Shown here: positions 43,311 through 57,300 of the stretch, piece after piece | Layout of the letters: each line of letters opens with the position of its first letter | Numbering within the stretch: the stretch's first letter is position 1 | NCBI RefSeq assembly: GCF_006345805.1 | Contig: NC_043003.1 | Coordinates: forward strand, 27,404,001 to 27,468,000 | Source: Octopus sinensis | Taxonomy: Eukaryota | Direction of reading: 5' to 3' | DNA: 64,000 bases | Translations under genes and position numbers: made by a program | The notes under the pieces: model-generated | What the model was told of the DNA's origin: nothing | What the model saw: the letters and a program-made list of their open reading frames with translations, nothing else | Database searches by the model: none

Positions 43311-43941
43311 CTTGATAAGTAATTTGAATACTAAAGGGTTAAATTTTCTGAAAATTCAGTTTTCTCAACTTACAGAAGTTGAATGTTAATGGTGTTAGTG
43401 GATGGTAGGGAAAATCGTTGCACTCAGGTAAGGAGCAATATGCTGCTGAATTGTAATTACTGCTATGGACAAGGTTGGTGCTAGATTTTTTTTTCTTTTA
43501 AGTTGCTGCAGCTGTGGATGTATTCATGATAATAGATGTAAAGCTGGTTGTTTTGAAGTCAAACTGCTTTAAATTTCTTTGCGCTTCCTCATTTATCTCA
43601 GTTTATTTATCCAAATTCTGTGTCAGAAATTTTGCTCATGGCAGGGTACAGGCCGTTGGCTTTCCTTTCATAGTCTTATTTCTCCCCCCCCCCCTTGTAT
43701 TCCATTGAGTTTTTCTTAAAAGCTTCCAGTGATTGTCAAAAAACCCGGGTTTTTTCCCCCTAAATGAATAAATCTTGGCTAAGCTTTTCCAAATTGCCAC
43801 TGCAATGTCCACTGACCACTTGAAATCTCATTAAATTATATTTTAAAGCTTTGTATATTTTTTTAGAGAAGCTGGGAAGAAACTATTTCCTTCTCCACTA
43901 CCACCACATCGTCATCAAGCCTTGGTTTACTAACTTGCAGT

Positions 43942-43979
<38 letters not shown>

Positions 43980-44170
43980 ACTACAGAAACATTCAACTAA
44001 AATTCTTATATACCTCACAATAAACATAAATCTCATTCTCATTTTCATATGCATGTTCTTTTTTTTTGCTCTCATTTTTTCTCTATCTCAAGGAAAATTA
44101 TAATTAGGACATCAACCATGTAATTTTTAGCTGAGTAAGGGAGAAATATCGGTCTTTATTAGCTTTAGTC

Positions 44171-44481
44171 TAGCAGAATCGTTAGCACTCCAAGCAAAAT
44201 GCCTAGCAGTATTTTGTCTGTTATGTGCTGAGTTCAAATTCTGCTGGGGCCAACTTAGCTTTTCATCCTTTTGGGGTTGATAAAATAAATACCTATTTCT
44301 TTAATACCCACAAGGGGCTAAACATAGAGGGGACGAACAAGGAGAGACAACCGGATTATGTCGACCCCAGTGCGTAACTGGTACTTATTTAATCGACCCC
44401 GAAAGGATGAAGGCAAAGTCAGGCGAAATACTGCTAAGCATTTCGCCCGGCATGCTAACGTTTCTGCCAGCTCGCCGCCTT
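44171..44481. mobile_element. Two SINE (family 3) copies in inverted, tail-to-tail orientation
   Basis: + copy 44171-44293, - copy 44294-44481. Shared core TTCATCCTTTCGGGGTCGAT-AAATAAGTACC, also near 21430-21900, 23265-23470 and 51390-51720. Confidence 0.75.
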
Positions 44482-44899
44482 ACATGATATTATTTAGCTT
44501 TTACTTCTCTGTGATGGTTATTCTGTGGACACTTGAAACTGCCCGTCAAGGCAAAATTTGAAGAGGTGAATGTCCTTGATTTAAGTTTAAGTACGCTTGA
44601 CTTAAACTGAAGTCAATAACATCAACCATTATATACAGGGTTGTAGACTTCATTACAAATTAACGCAAGATACTGATGAGTTATCCGATCTTTACCAGCC
44701 TGAAAATAGGTGTAAAATGGCAATGATACATGATACTTGGTCCCTCTCAATCCTTACACTATCCTGAGATTCTTTTTTACTAACCCATCTCACTACTTTT
44801 TCCATGGCCCTTCTGTGATCTTTTAGCTCACTTTTGCTGTTTACAGTAGTGCTTGGAAGGAAGGTGTGTAGTGTGTGATCATTACATTGACTATGACAG

Positions 44900-45230
44900 A
44901 GAAAGTTGTCATGGTTAATACCTGCTCAGAGGCCTATGCAAAGTTGAAGAAAGTGTACAAGATGGCTGAAAAAATGTCGATATTAAGGAATGTTTTCGGA
45001 GACCTGCAACCAGTAGAACTGATAAAAACAGCTGTGTGGGGTAATCGCTGAATCAAAATAGATTAGTTAGGGTTCAGTTCAGTCCGTTATCACTGAAGAT
45101 TTGGGTATGATGTGTCTGCGCCAAAACTGCTTTCAGCTGACCAAAAAACACTTAGGTTTCAGATGCACAAGATATTGTGTTGAGAATGATGAAAACTTTG
45201 AGTAGGCCTCTGAGAAGGTATTGCCAAGCT
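44900..45230 (+). mobile_element. Mariner transposase N-terminal remnant
   Basis: SEAYAKLKKVY and EDLGM..PKLLSADQKTLR (WVPxxL-region-like), frameshifted. Confidence 0.65.
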
Positions 45231-45639
45231 TTTGGCAAAGCTTAATGTAGATTCTCTGCTCAACTTTGTTATGGCCAGTGATAATCACATGTTACTCACC
45301 TTCCTTCCAAGAACTGCTGTAAACAGAGGAAGTGAGCTAGAATGTTAAGACATAGTGCACATGCATAGCAGTATTCAAGGTTGATCTGTGCCCTCACTTC
45401 ATTACTATAGCAAACAGTCAGGATACTTATTGATCAAACCACATATTAAAATGGTATTTATTCCTAAATTGGAAGCATGTGATTTGTTTAGAATTTCTTA
45501 TAGGTTTCATTCATGCAATTGCAGTTAAGAGGCACTGCCAACTTTCAAGATAGAGATCTAAGTCCATCCAGGAGCAGTTACATTTAATAATTAAAAAAAA
45601 AGAAAAACTTATTTTCCTTAGTTTCAATATCATCTTTAA

Positions 45640-46130
45640 ATAGTTACTTTATGCAGCAATACAAGTTCCAGTTTTTGGAACTTGGTTATTCTCTGTAAAC
45701 TAGTTGAGGACCTTCTCTGATTAGCTATGGATCTTGTCAATACTGTTTGAGCTACAGTTTTATCTTGGGGAAGGGACGGAAGGCCATGTGCTAAACCTGG
45801 TGAATAGGACAGGTGCAGGAACAATACCATGTTTTACATGAGAAACTCACAAGTGAAGAGAGGGCAGTGATGGTGCATTGTCATAACGAAGAATCCAACC
45901 TGGTAGCTTTCACTGAATGTCCTCCCTCAAATACTTCAAAACATTGCAGTAATTGATGTAAGGGGAGGGGATAACTCAGTACAAAATACCAATTTCCAGG
46001 TGTGACACCTGTAGCAGGTCTTCCAAGGACATCTGCTTTTGAAGCACCCACAACACTCGAAACATTGCATACAACACATTACCTTGTCACTGTAAGCATG
46101 CTCAATGTCTTTGTATCCCAAGTTTAACCC
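45640..46130 (-). mobile_element. Mariner transposase C-terminal remnant
   Basis: YDNAP (HDNAP-like) and LHLSYSPGLA (HPPYSPDLAP-like). Confidence 0.7.
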
Positions 46131-46449
46131 TTTGAGCCCTGATCTCCTGAACTGTATTTGGCCACTGATAGAGCGATGCTATGGTATAGAGTAAAATAGC
46201 CAGCCACCGATGTTACAGGCTCAAAGAATTAATGCAGAATTTTACATTAGCTCTTTGATCCAACTTCTTGTTTGTGATGAAATTGTAGACTGCAACAAAC
46301 ACTTGATCACAAATTTCACAACTTGCAAAGTAAATGCAGTATTGTCACTTGGCAGACTGCCTCATGAAGTTCCCTGCACATGCAATTGTGTGCTGCCATC
46401 TGTTGTGCTCACAACATCATAAGCGGAAAGTGTAACCTCTCGAAAGAGC

Positions 46450-46723
46450 TGTTCTTCACTCCTGCTCCAGAGCGTCGGCTGCGGGGTCATTCCGAAAAGC
46501 CCTACCTGTGACGATTTCATCTCAATCGAAGAAGAGGAGCTTTCTCCGTCCGGGTTGCGGATCCGTGGAACAAGCTGCCAGACGAGATGGTGAAGATGTC
46601 GACGACCGCTTTGTTCAAAGTCTCCCTTGACCTCAAATGGCCTGAACTCTTTACATGAACACCACCCTGTACTTAACTCCATGTCCTTGCTTTTGAGCCA
46701 AAAAAAATTAACTAACTAACTAA
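46450..46723 (+). mobile_element. CR1-group LINE 3' end
   Basis: RRLRGHSEKPYL*RFHLNRRRGAFSVRVADPWNKLPDEMVKMSTTALFKVSLD matches the CR1 ORF2 C-terminal pattern. Followed by an (AACT)n tail. Confidence 0.85.
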
Positions 46724-49700
46724 GGACTATTGTAGGATCTTTTTGATACCACCAGTAAATTTATCAGATAAAGAAATGCCATGCAATTAACCTAACATTA
46801 CCAATAACAAAAGAACTGCTTAAAACACTTGTTGCAATTGTTGGGTATCACCTGTGGTGAATGTGAATGGGGGTAGTAATCCTGGATGTTAAGCAACCTA
46901 TAAGTATGCCATGGTTCTTATGAAAGCACATCCTTAATTAGGACCACTTCTTTCAAGCCATTATTGATATTCTACAAAGCTGAAGTGATGCCTGCTCTCA
47001 CATTTGAAGCTGATGCCACTGCCACTATTGCCCCCTAGACTTTAGTCAGTAAAGAGTGTGTTGCTCACAAACCAGTTCTAGCTCTTGGTCCATAGGCATG
47101 CTGGCACCTGCTGTTCAGAACAGGCTAAGCTCAAGCTAATCTCTTATGATTAGGCCCTGCCTAATTACTATTGCCAGTTCTTCCCTGTCATGGCTACCTC
47201 TCTGCCCTTATCTTTCTAACAAGTATAGACTGATGAAGGTTCAAGTGGAACATTAATGACATGAATTTTACTGACCTTGGAGGGCTTGCAAATGTTATAG
47301 ACTGCCCCTTCCCTAAGACAAAGTAGTTGGTGAAATTACTACTCCAGCACTAATTGTTATGTAAAAAAAAAAGTGGTTGGTATTAGGAAGAGCATCCAGC
47401 CATAGAAATGCCAAATCAGACAGGAGTCTGGTGCAGCTCACCAGCTTTGGTCAAACATCCAACTCATGCCAGCATGGACGACAGATGTTTAATGACAACT
47501 TCTAAGCTTCAATCAATTTTGAAAAATATCTAATAGTGCTAGCATGGCTGTGTGGCAAAAAGTTTGCTTCCCAACCATGCAGTCTTAGGTTCAGTCCACA
47601 GTACTGCACCTTAGGCAAGTATCTTCCACTATAGTCCTGGATTGACCTAAGTTCTCTAAGTATATTTAGTATGTGGAAACTAAAAGCTTGTTTGTGTCTC
47701 CTACATAATTGCTTCACAGCTGATGTTGGTTTATGTTCAAGTAACTTACTAGTTCACCAAACAGAGAATGATAGAATAAGTACCAGGCTCAAAAATGAGT
47801 ATTGGATGTCAATTTGTTCAGCTAAACCTGTCATGGCAGTACCCCAGCATGGTTAAAATTCAAAGACTGAAATATATAAACAATGAAGAATTTGAGGAGG
47901 TTAATAAAATTACTCCTTTTTGACTCTTTAACCATATTTTTGTTGAAATATAATGCCTTTCAATTAATTTTTGGAAAGTTAACTTAAAAACAATTTTCCA
48001 ATTTAGGTGGTGTTACACCACAAAAAAAAAAAAGTATTATACAGCTGAGAATGGTCTTGGCTGAGTTAGTAATAAAAAGATTAATCAATCTGTAACTGAA
48101 AAATTCTTTAAATAGCTTTAATTTAAATGCAAATATTTTCAAAAAATAAAATCAGTAAAAATGGCTTTTGTATCAGAGAGCTGGAGGCTCCTAAAGGAAT
48201 TCAGAAATGCAGGGTACATTAAAAACGGATATATTAAAATCACTAAAAACTTAACTTTGTCATGACCACATTCCAAAATAAATATTTGTCTATGGCATTT
48301 CCAGTCAAGAACTCTAATAAAATTTTTTTCAATAATACTTTCTATTAAACTGGTGTTTGAATCAGCCCTTCAAATATGCTTACAAGAATGATTTGGTAAA
48401 AACTGTTTTAAAATAAAGCTGATACCAAGAAGATTAAACTGCTTGGATCCAGCCCACTTCTCAATACCATGTGTAAAATGGCCAACATGGAAGAATTCAT
48501 TGTATCTCGAGTATATATCCCCACGCCCTTGAACAAAAACTTCATACTTTGCTTAGTGGATAACTGATTAAGATTTCAACAAAAAAAAAAAAAAAAAAAA
48601 AATCCCTGTAGATACATTGTCCATTTCTTTCCTATCATTACAGTCCTTGTACTACTGTAAATTATATAATAGTTTTATAGGTAATAGAACTAATCTGTAA
48701 CAAATACTTCAGAGACATTAGGCATCCAGTTCATTATCACTAATCAAAAGATTTTCTTTTTTAAAAGAAGTTTTTTTTTTTAAATGCCTCAAACATTTTG
48801 TGACACGTAACGACTGGTCTATTCATCTAAACTTCATTTTATAGAGGATAATGAGCTAGGATAACTAACATGATTCAGGGTGTTTCTAACACTTCATTAT
48901 GCATATATAAACTGATGCATTTCTGAAAGCGGGTGGACATGTTGAGTGCAGTCTTGCATTTGTGTAACTTTTAGTTTTGTATAATCATCCAGCAGAGATA
49001 GGATAGGCTCTAAATTTCAGTCACTGCTTAGATTTATACAAATTAACACTAGAAATACAGGGGAAGGCAGAAATAAGGAAAAAAAGCAGAGTGTATGAAA
49101 TCAATTTCTGACTTATTTCTTTTAGAAAACTATATTATAGCATTTAACTACGAAAGAGAAGGAAAACGAAAAGTTGAAGTTAGCATTAGTAGGGCTTTCA
49201 AATCTAGAAGATTTTAATGGTAGTGCATTAAACACAGAAACATGTATACAAAGAGAGAAAATAATAAATCAGCTTTAATTTGGATATGGTTTCTAAAAAA
49301 TTTTTATACCTTAATCGGAGGATGGGCAAACACCTATAGCTTTTGCTTTTATAGTCTTCACTCTCCACACTGAAACCCAGTGGAAACGGATGCAAAAATC
49401 CAGATCCTTAGTTTTCTAAAGACCACAGACTCAATGAAAATTATCTAATGATCAAATCATTTGATTTAAAAAAATATTTAGAAATTAATACAAATTAGCC
49501 AGTTATGTATTTTTAAAATTTATTTACAAATAGCTTATATAAATTTTAGATAGCGATACCACCATTTATTTTATAAGAATGAAAAATGGTGTGATTTCGG
49601 TGGATTCCAGAAATTAAGGCATAATAATAGAAAGGCAGAGCTAATTTGAAAACTCAAGCAAGTGGACAAATATAAAAACACAAGGCAGTTATTCGCACAC

Positions 49701-51264
49701 ATTCTCACGAGGATTTTCTTTGTTACATCTTAGACCAGAGGTAAGAGTAAAGACAAACTACTCGGTTATGTACTTCTGACTACTCTGCCAGCAAACTCCT
49801 GGGAGTAGGGATCCCATACATGACACACCATAATTCTGTGTCATGATACAAATCGACAGCTTTCACTGCAGGGGCTGACACTTGAGTGACTTTGCCATGA
49901 AAGGGCTGCAATTTTCAAGATAACACTACACCCACCTGGCAAAAAACCCAACTTCTGATCCAAATCTACCTTAATAAAAAAAAAAAATCCATTGTTTTAA
50001 TTATACCCCACAAAAAAAAAAAATCTATATGTCTATTCAATCAGTTAATGCGAAACAGGAAAATACAACTACAGGACTGGTGCATAGGTCAATTTGAACC
50101 TCCAAGTTAAGCTGCACTAAAGCAGCTTCTCTGAATTTTTTATTTTTTTATTTAATTGCTACTAGCAATCTTCTTCACTTCTTACTCTAGAAATTTATAC
50201 AAACTAAGAATTTTCCAAAGTGTTGCCCACTTCTTACTAACATTTTAGTAAATTAGCTCGTTTAAAAAAGTAAAAACAAAAAAAAAAAAGAAAACCCTCA
50301 CATGGAAGATCAGAATGAGAGATGGGAGTAAGAAATTTTGGGGAAAAAAAATTATACAACATGAGTACATACAAAGTGACAATTACAGATTTTATAACAA
50401 AAAAGCTGCCTCCCAAGAGCTGTACCAGAAGATCCAAGAAGGTTTGGATCTCATTTAACAACAAAGACCAAGTGAGTTGAGTAACCACAGGCCACCATCA
50501 TTACAACACAAACTATATATATATATATTCAACTTAGACACCCAGAACAAAAGATATTTAAAACACACCTAATATACATGATAGAGTTTCTTTTTGTAAA
50601 TTATTAACACTATTAAAACATGCTTACATACATTAAATATACATACATCCAAATGGCTATACTATACTATACACATTTTAGAACTATATACAGATAATAA
50701 CCTAGAGATTGTGTATATACATTTACAATATGTACATGACATTATGCAATATCATACACACACACACACCACACACACACACACAGAGTCACATATACAC
50801 ACTCCTGCACTTGTCATACACCCTCGCACATCACAAACACACATACAACCACATATTACTACACAACGAATATTAAAAGTCATCTTTTTCTGTGTTCATA
50901 CATGATTTACCCTTCATAGAAACTATGTACAAGTTTTGAAAACTTCTTTTAATTTGAAATGAAGGGGAGGAATTTAAAAAAAAAAAAGCTTTCTCGTTTC
51001 TGCATTAAAATAGACTAAAAAGATTTCTTCAGTAGACAGAAGAGAAGACTAAACTGGCATGGTCTACCTTGGTCTTACAAGTTCACATTTTACACTTTGA
51101 TATCAAATCACTTTCGCATCGTATGCAAGAATATATATTCTTGGGAACAGAAGAAACTATATTCGGTCTCGTTTCTTCACACTTTTTCTACAAATTCAAA
51201 AAGAAATGAAACTGATGTGGAGAGTAGAAAATATTCCTTTTCTCTTTTCTTTTCTAATTTTTTC

Positions 51265-51322
51265 TTAAGCGACCTTGAAATTTTTTATCTGTAATGGAGG
51301 AATTGTTGCCACCTTCAAGAAC
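51265..51322 (-). CDS. CCNA: Cyclin A exon 9 ([18 protein letters not shown])
   Basis: ttttctag acceptor, phase 2, TAA at 51267-51265. Confidence 0.85.
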
Positions 51323-54300
51323 CTAGAAAAACAGAAGGACATAAGTATTAAGATCAAAATCAAATAAAAATATAAAATCAACTTTACTATAAGCACAAGG
51401 CCTGAAATTTGTGGAGTAGGGACAAGTCAATTACATCAACCCCAGTGCTAAACAAGTACTTAAAACCACAAAGCATTTTGTCCAGCATACTTGTGATTCT
51501 GCCAGCTCACTGCTCTCAATAATGATTTTAATTATGGCACAAGGTCAGCAATTTTGAGGTGAGAGGACAAATTGATTACATTGACCCCAGTGCTCAACTG
51601 GTACTTATTTTATCAACCCAAAAGAGTGAAAGGCAAAGTCAACTTCGGCAGAATTTGAAGTCAGTGAGTCAGAAGAAATGCCAAGAATCCTCTCTGATGC
51701 ATTAACAATTCTGCCTGCCCACCACCACCACCTTAATAATAACCTGAGACATGCACACAATTATAGAAGTGCACAATAAAAATGCTATGGTTGCATGAAA
51801 AGTACATCAGTAAGATGCATCTGCAAGTAGCGTATGTAATTTAGCTGCTGGTCACTTCTGACTTAGCCGACTACATAATTAAAGCATTGGAATTAAGCAA
51901 ACTTGTGATCAGTGTGACTAGCACAAAGGATAGCTTACATCCAAAACTATGCTAAACACTTCTCTAAGATGCAGAAACCCGCCAAGTAAGTACTTTATTA
52001 TTTAACCCTTTCGTTACCAACCTGGCTGAAACTGCCTCTGGCTCTGTAGTACAAATAACTTGTTTACATAAGTTTTGAATTAAAATTTTCCACCAAACCT
52101 TAGTCATAATTTATGTTCCTAACACTAGCTTAATAACTAAATTCTTTGTTATATTTAAAGTAATTGAAACACAGAGCATCTCAAAATAAATACAGTAACA
52201 AAAGGCTTAATGTCCACTTTCCTAAACTTAAATAGAATTTGTTGGAATAGATTTCATACAATTGAATGCCCTTTCTGTTGCCAACCCTCATGCATTTTCG
52301 AGGAAGGTAATATTTCTTATAGATACATTTCTCACAGAAGACTGGAATTGAACAACATATCTATGATGGTGATACTTGTTAACAACCTTCAAGTCATTTC
52401 TTGAGAAGAGTACACACAATGGGCTTATTTTAGTTTTCATCTACCAAATCCATTTACAAGATTATGATTGGCTGGTGACTTTAGAACACATTTGTCCAAG
52501 GTATCACACAATAGGACTGAATCCAAGACCACATTGTCGGGAAGCAAGCTTCTTACCCACACAGTCAGGCTTGCGCCCACTTCATTAGTGTTAACTTAAA
52601 CTTTACATTATTCTGACACACAGCTCAGTTGTGAAAGACCAGTCATCGTTCACGCATGTGACTTTGAAGTGCTCTCTTAACCAGTCTGCTTGGTATGGCA
52701 ACTGTTCAAACATACATTCAACAGAATTTACTATGGAATTTTCACTAGTGTTTAAATTTGGAGCATCATTCTTATACAATGAAAACCTGTAGTCAGTCAA
52801 AGACAGTAGTAAGGCAGCATAGGACAAACATCTGTTTTAATGTCTACCTTTTGCATGCTTGTATGAGCAAGACAGAAATTGAGGCAGATTTTCCACTGTT
52901 GGATGCATTCCTAATACCCTTATCTATTCCTAAGCAATATTGCTCCATGGCCAGACATGTTTTTTATGGAAGACTGAAAACAATGTGTGGCAGTGATACA
53001 TTTACACCATCATGTAAAGTCAAGACAAGCACACACAAAGAGGATGGGTTTCTTCCAGTTTCTGCCTGCCAAATTCAGTCACAAGGATTTGGTTGATGCA
53101 GGGATATTACAGAAGACACTTGCCCAAGGTGCCGTGCAATGGCACTGAACTCGAGACCACGTAGTTGGGAAGCAAGATTTTCAACCACATGATCACACCT
53201 GTACCTCATTTATTCTAAACTGAAGTTTTCCTTCATCATTCTGATCCAATCTATGCATGAACAAAATCACAGAAACTTAGCATAAAATAAGCATGAAGAT
53301 ACATAGAATACAACATGGAATGGTATAGTTAATGCTTACCAAAGTCAAATTGTGAAAGAAAGCATGAGATGCTACAATACTTACTTGTCGGAACTGTATT
53401 TTAAATAAATCGCCTGTTGTGCATGCTTGCTTGCAGATTTGTGGGTCACATACAACAGTTTCACACACGATTGGAAGTCTGACACGGAATACCCAGTTAG
53501 CTGTTCAAGTTCAGCAACCTAGAACCATGGGGAAGAGAGTGATAAGTGTGAGAGTGAAGTGGGAAGGTTAGCAAGCTTAAAAAGTATTAGAATAGGAGTA
53601 AACAAGAGCTTTGATATGGGAGCTCAACATGCTAGAAATTATGTTTCCGATTCAGGCCCAAGCCCAGGAATTTTGAGTGGGATGGGGTTATAGCAAATAC
53701 GATCAACCTTCAAAAGGTCAAACTGCAAAGTTGACCCTAGTGGGATTTGAACCTAAAGAGCTGAAAGAAATACAGCAAAACAGTTTTCCTATGCTGCAAC
53801 AATTCTGCCAGCTAGCTTACATAATTATCATTTAATGTCATGGTTCCATGCCTGCATGGGTTGGACAGCTTGACAGGCTCTGAAAAATACAGAGCCCCAA
53901 TGTCTGCTTTTGGCATGGTTTCTATGACTGGATGCCTTTCCTACTTCCGACCACTTCAGAGTGTACTGGGTTCCTTTTTCATCCATGCAGCCCACAAGGC
54001 CAAGATCCCTTTGACAGAGTAGGGCCAGTGACATGCTAAAAGATGAATTTAAGTGTGAAAGTAGAGGCCAGAACAGAATCGGTTTCTTGTTGTAGAGGAG
54101 CTACATGGTTATCCACATTATAGAACACGGCATGTGAGAGTGGCTGACCATTCAAATTACATGGTTAAAAACAAAAAAGGATAGATAGTGTTGGTCATTG
54201 GTCACAGCCTCTTTATCTGTGGCTAAATTATACTGGGATGGTTAGGGGCCTGTCCAATAGAAACAAGTAAAAAAAAAAAAAAAGATTACTATAAACACAC

Positions 54301-57300
54301 AACCCACAAAATTTGTTGGTTTCCTATATTGTATTTCCATGCTTGTATAGGTCAAACTTTATTGAGGTGAATATGACCAGACATTTTCACGGAATATTAG
54401 AAATTAATAACACTGCTTGTATATGACTTACATTTACAACTATGAGATGGCGTCAAATCAAGGAGACAAACATTCTCACACACACACACTTTCAGTGTAC
54501 CAAATCCACTTACAAGGCCTTTGTCAGTTTGGGGCTATCATAGAAAACCCATGCAGTGGTACTGAACCCGAAACTATATGGTTGGGAAGCAAACTTAACC
54601 ACACAGCCACATCTGCACTTATGTGGCTGTGTGCTTATAAAGGGTATAACTGTCAATGAAATACATATATAAATAACCTACCCATGACACTTCACAGCCC
54701 AAAGTTTTTGCAGCAAGGAAGAAAGCGGCAGCAGCAATGATGCTAGGTTTATACTGGAGATAAGGGTCAGCATCCAGCAAGGTTAACTCAAGAAGAAACT
54801 GGAAAGTAGGAGGGGGCAAAATAAAAAATTTAATTGAACAGAAAACAATATATTTATTACATTAAAATTTTCATCTTAAGGTACTATTTTTCTTTTGAAA
54901 ATTAGTATATAATTTGTAATAAGCACCAACAAATTTGATAAAAGTTAAAATTATAATTATTGTATGTATACTATTTTTCTTTACAATTCCCTAAGTGGCA
55001 AAAGTATACTTCCAAAATTACCTATCATACAAGTAGTTACTATATTTTCCAGTATACAAGTCAAATGTTTCAGACCAAAATTTACAGCCAGAAAAGGTAG
55101 ATTGACTTATATTTGAAGACAACTTCGGAAGATTAAAAAATTCAATGTGAAATGCAAGATTTGGAAAGATAGTGACGATGTTTTCACCATATAAGACATC
55201 AACTTGTATGATGGAAAATGCAGTAAATAAAGAGCTGATAGAATCAAAGATATCTGAATAAGGAAATCTAAAAGGAAAACTTCACAGGCAAAAATGTAGA
55301 GGAAAAAAAAAAGCTGATGGAAAGGTATTAATGTATCACTTAAAAAGTTATTTAACCAACTTACTCTAGCCAAATATTGAAACTGTTTCTTGTCTAGTGT
55401 AGCTTCATGAAAATAGTGGTCCAAGAATGTTGTGGCAGTAGGAACAGCAACAGTGAATGACAAAACCTTCAAAATCAGTTGCTCCATTTTCAAAACCTGT
55501 TGAGGAAACAAATATAGATTCATAAATTGTTACTTTAGAGGCCATCCTAAATCTTTGAGATTGTAGCACTTGAAATACATTACTAATCTATTTTAGTGAT
55601 ATGTTTTAATTTAGATCACTTTAAAACAGGGAGGTTGTATTGTAGAAGTGATCCCAGCAGGCATGGTATCAAAAGGATTAAGTGACAATCCCTCTTCATT
55701 ATCACTCATCCTTTACTCACTACCACTACACTCACCTAGCACTCTTCACTGTTCACGTTTTTGCAGAACCTCTTTACCAACAATAAAGTTAAGGAAACTT
55801 TCACTATTTTTATTTTTCTCTTCCATTAGAGCCGTCTATCCCTTTTTCACTTAGTTTCACTTTCATCAATTGTCATGCAAGGAAAATGAGACCCCTTGGT
55901 ACTGATGAATGAATGGAGGCAACATATGGCAGAGAGGGGCCATATGCCGATGCCATAAAATAGTGGTGATGAGCTGTCTGAGTGTTCCCTCAAAATACAA
56001 GGTGAGTAGGAGTATAGGTAGGTAAAGGTTGTGTGTGTGTGAGAGAGAGAGAGAGAATGGGTGAGAGTGAATATAATGAAGAACAAGTGTAGAGGGATAT
56101 GTAGGTGACAATTGTAGGAAATGGATTGGGTTGAGGGGGTAGTTGTAGTGAATGGAGGATAAGGAGTAGGGTTATCAATGATGCACAAGTCAAGGGGAAG
56201 TAGGGGAGAGTAGGAGAGGATTGACAGTGCAGAAAAGTTGGCATAAAATATATTGAAAAGATTAATACAAATTAATGTGAACTTTGAGTTGGTAAGTTGG
56301 TACAAGGCCCACTTACACACATATACCCAATAATGTCGAATTAAGGGGGAAAAAAAAAAAACTACATCTTACATGAATTTTCTCACCAAAGCATTCCAAT
56401 AAAACATTCAGTTTGATAAACTGTAAAGAGTTTCTACCCAAAAAATTTTTAAGCACTTAATGGAAGGTGGGTATGAAAACCTCAGTTGGCGCGTCAATAC
56501 TAGTTACAACATTTGTCAAAACACACCGTCTTTCAAATTAAGTTTGAAAATGAAGAATTTAGTGAATTTGTCACCATTAAAATAGCATGAAATTTTGTTA
56601 GGTTTTAATTTAGACCTCTTTAAAACGAAGGCTGATCCCAGATGGGTTCATATCAGAAGGTAACTTTAGTCACAGATCAACATCATCATCATCATCATTT
56701 AATGTCCGTTTTCCGCGCTAGCACGGGTCGGACGCTTCGACCAGGGTCTGGGAAGCCAGGGGCTGCACCAGGCTCCAGTCCGATCTAGCAGAGTTTCTAC
56801 AGCTGGATGCCCTTCCTAACGCCAACCACTCCGCGAGTGTAGTGGGTGCTTTTTATATGCCATCAGCACAGGTGCCAGGGGGGTCCGGTATCGGCCACGA
56901 TCGGTTGGTGCTTTTTATGTGCCACCAGCATGGAAGCCAGCCAAGGCGGCGCTGGCATTGGCCATGTTCGGATGGTGCTTTTTATGTGCCACCGGCACGG
57001 GTATCACAACTACCATGTCCATTGATATTTATTTCGATGTTCATGTACTTGACTCAACAAGTCTCAAGCACAGCAGGATCTTCTGGAATCCAAGGTACTT
57101 TGAATGGGCAGGGGCTATGCGGGACTGGTGCAGGAAGCAGCCCGGGTCTTTGCAGTCACAGCATATCTCCAGAGATCTCGGTCCTTCATTCAGTTAATTA
57201 AAAAACCCTCAAAGCAGCAAACTGACAATCATTAACATGTTGGATAAAATGCTCACAGGCATTTATTCCTCCTTTTTACATTGTGCTGAAATCCTGTTGA

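Noticed and set aside
44672-44710. CTGATGA...GAAA hammerhead-like core (other CTGATGA sites also inspected)
   Set aside because: The required stems could not be formed by eye.
49819-49845. 9-bp perfect hairpin CATGACACA-N9-TGTGTCATG
   Set aside because: Too short to be significant in 64 kb, and not a histone or IRE loop.
56845-57000. Regularly spaced GGTGCTTTTTATGTGCC repeats resembling a CRISPR array
   Set aside because: These are tandem units inside a dispersed retroelement 3' end, with related spacers, a eukaryotic context and no cas genes.
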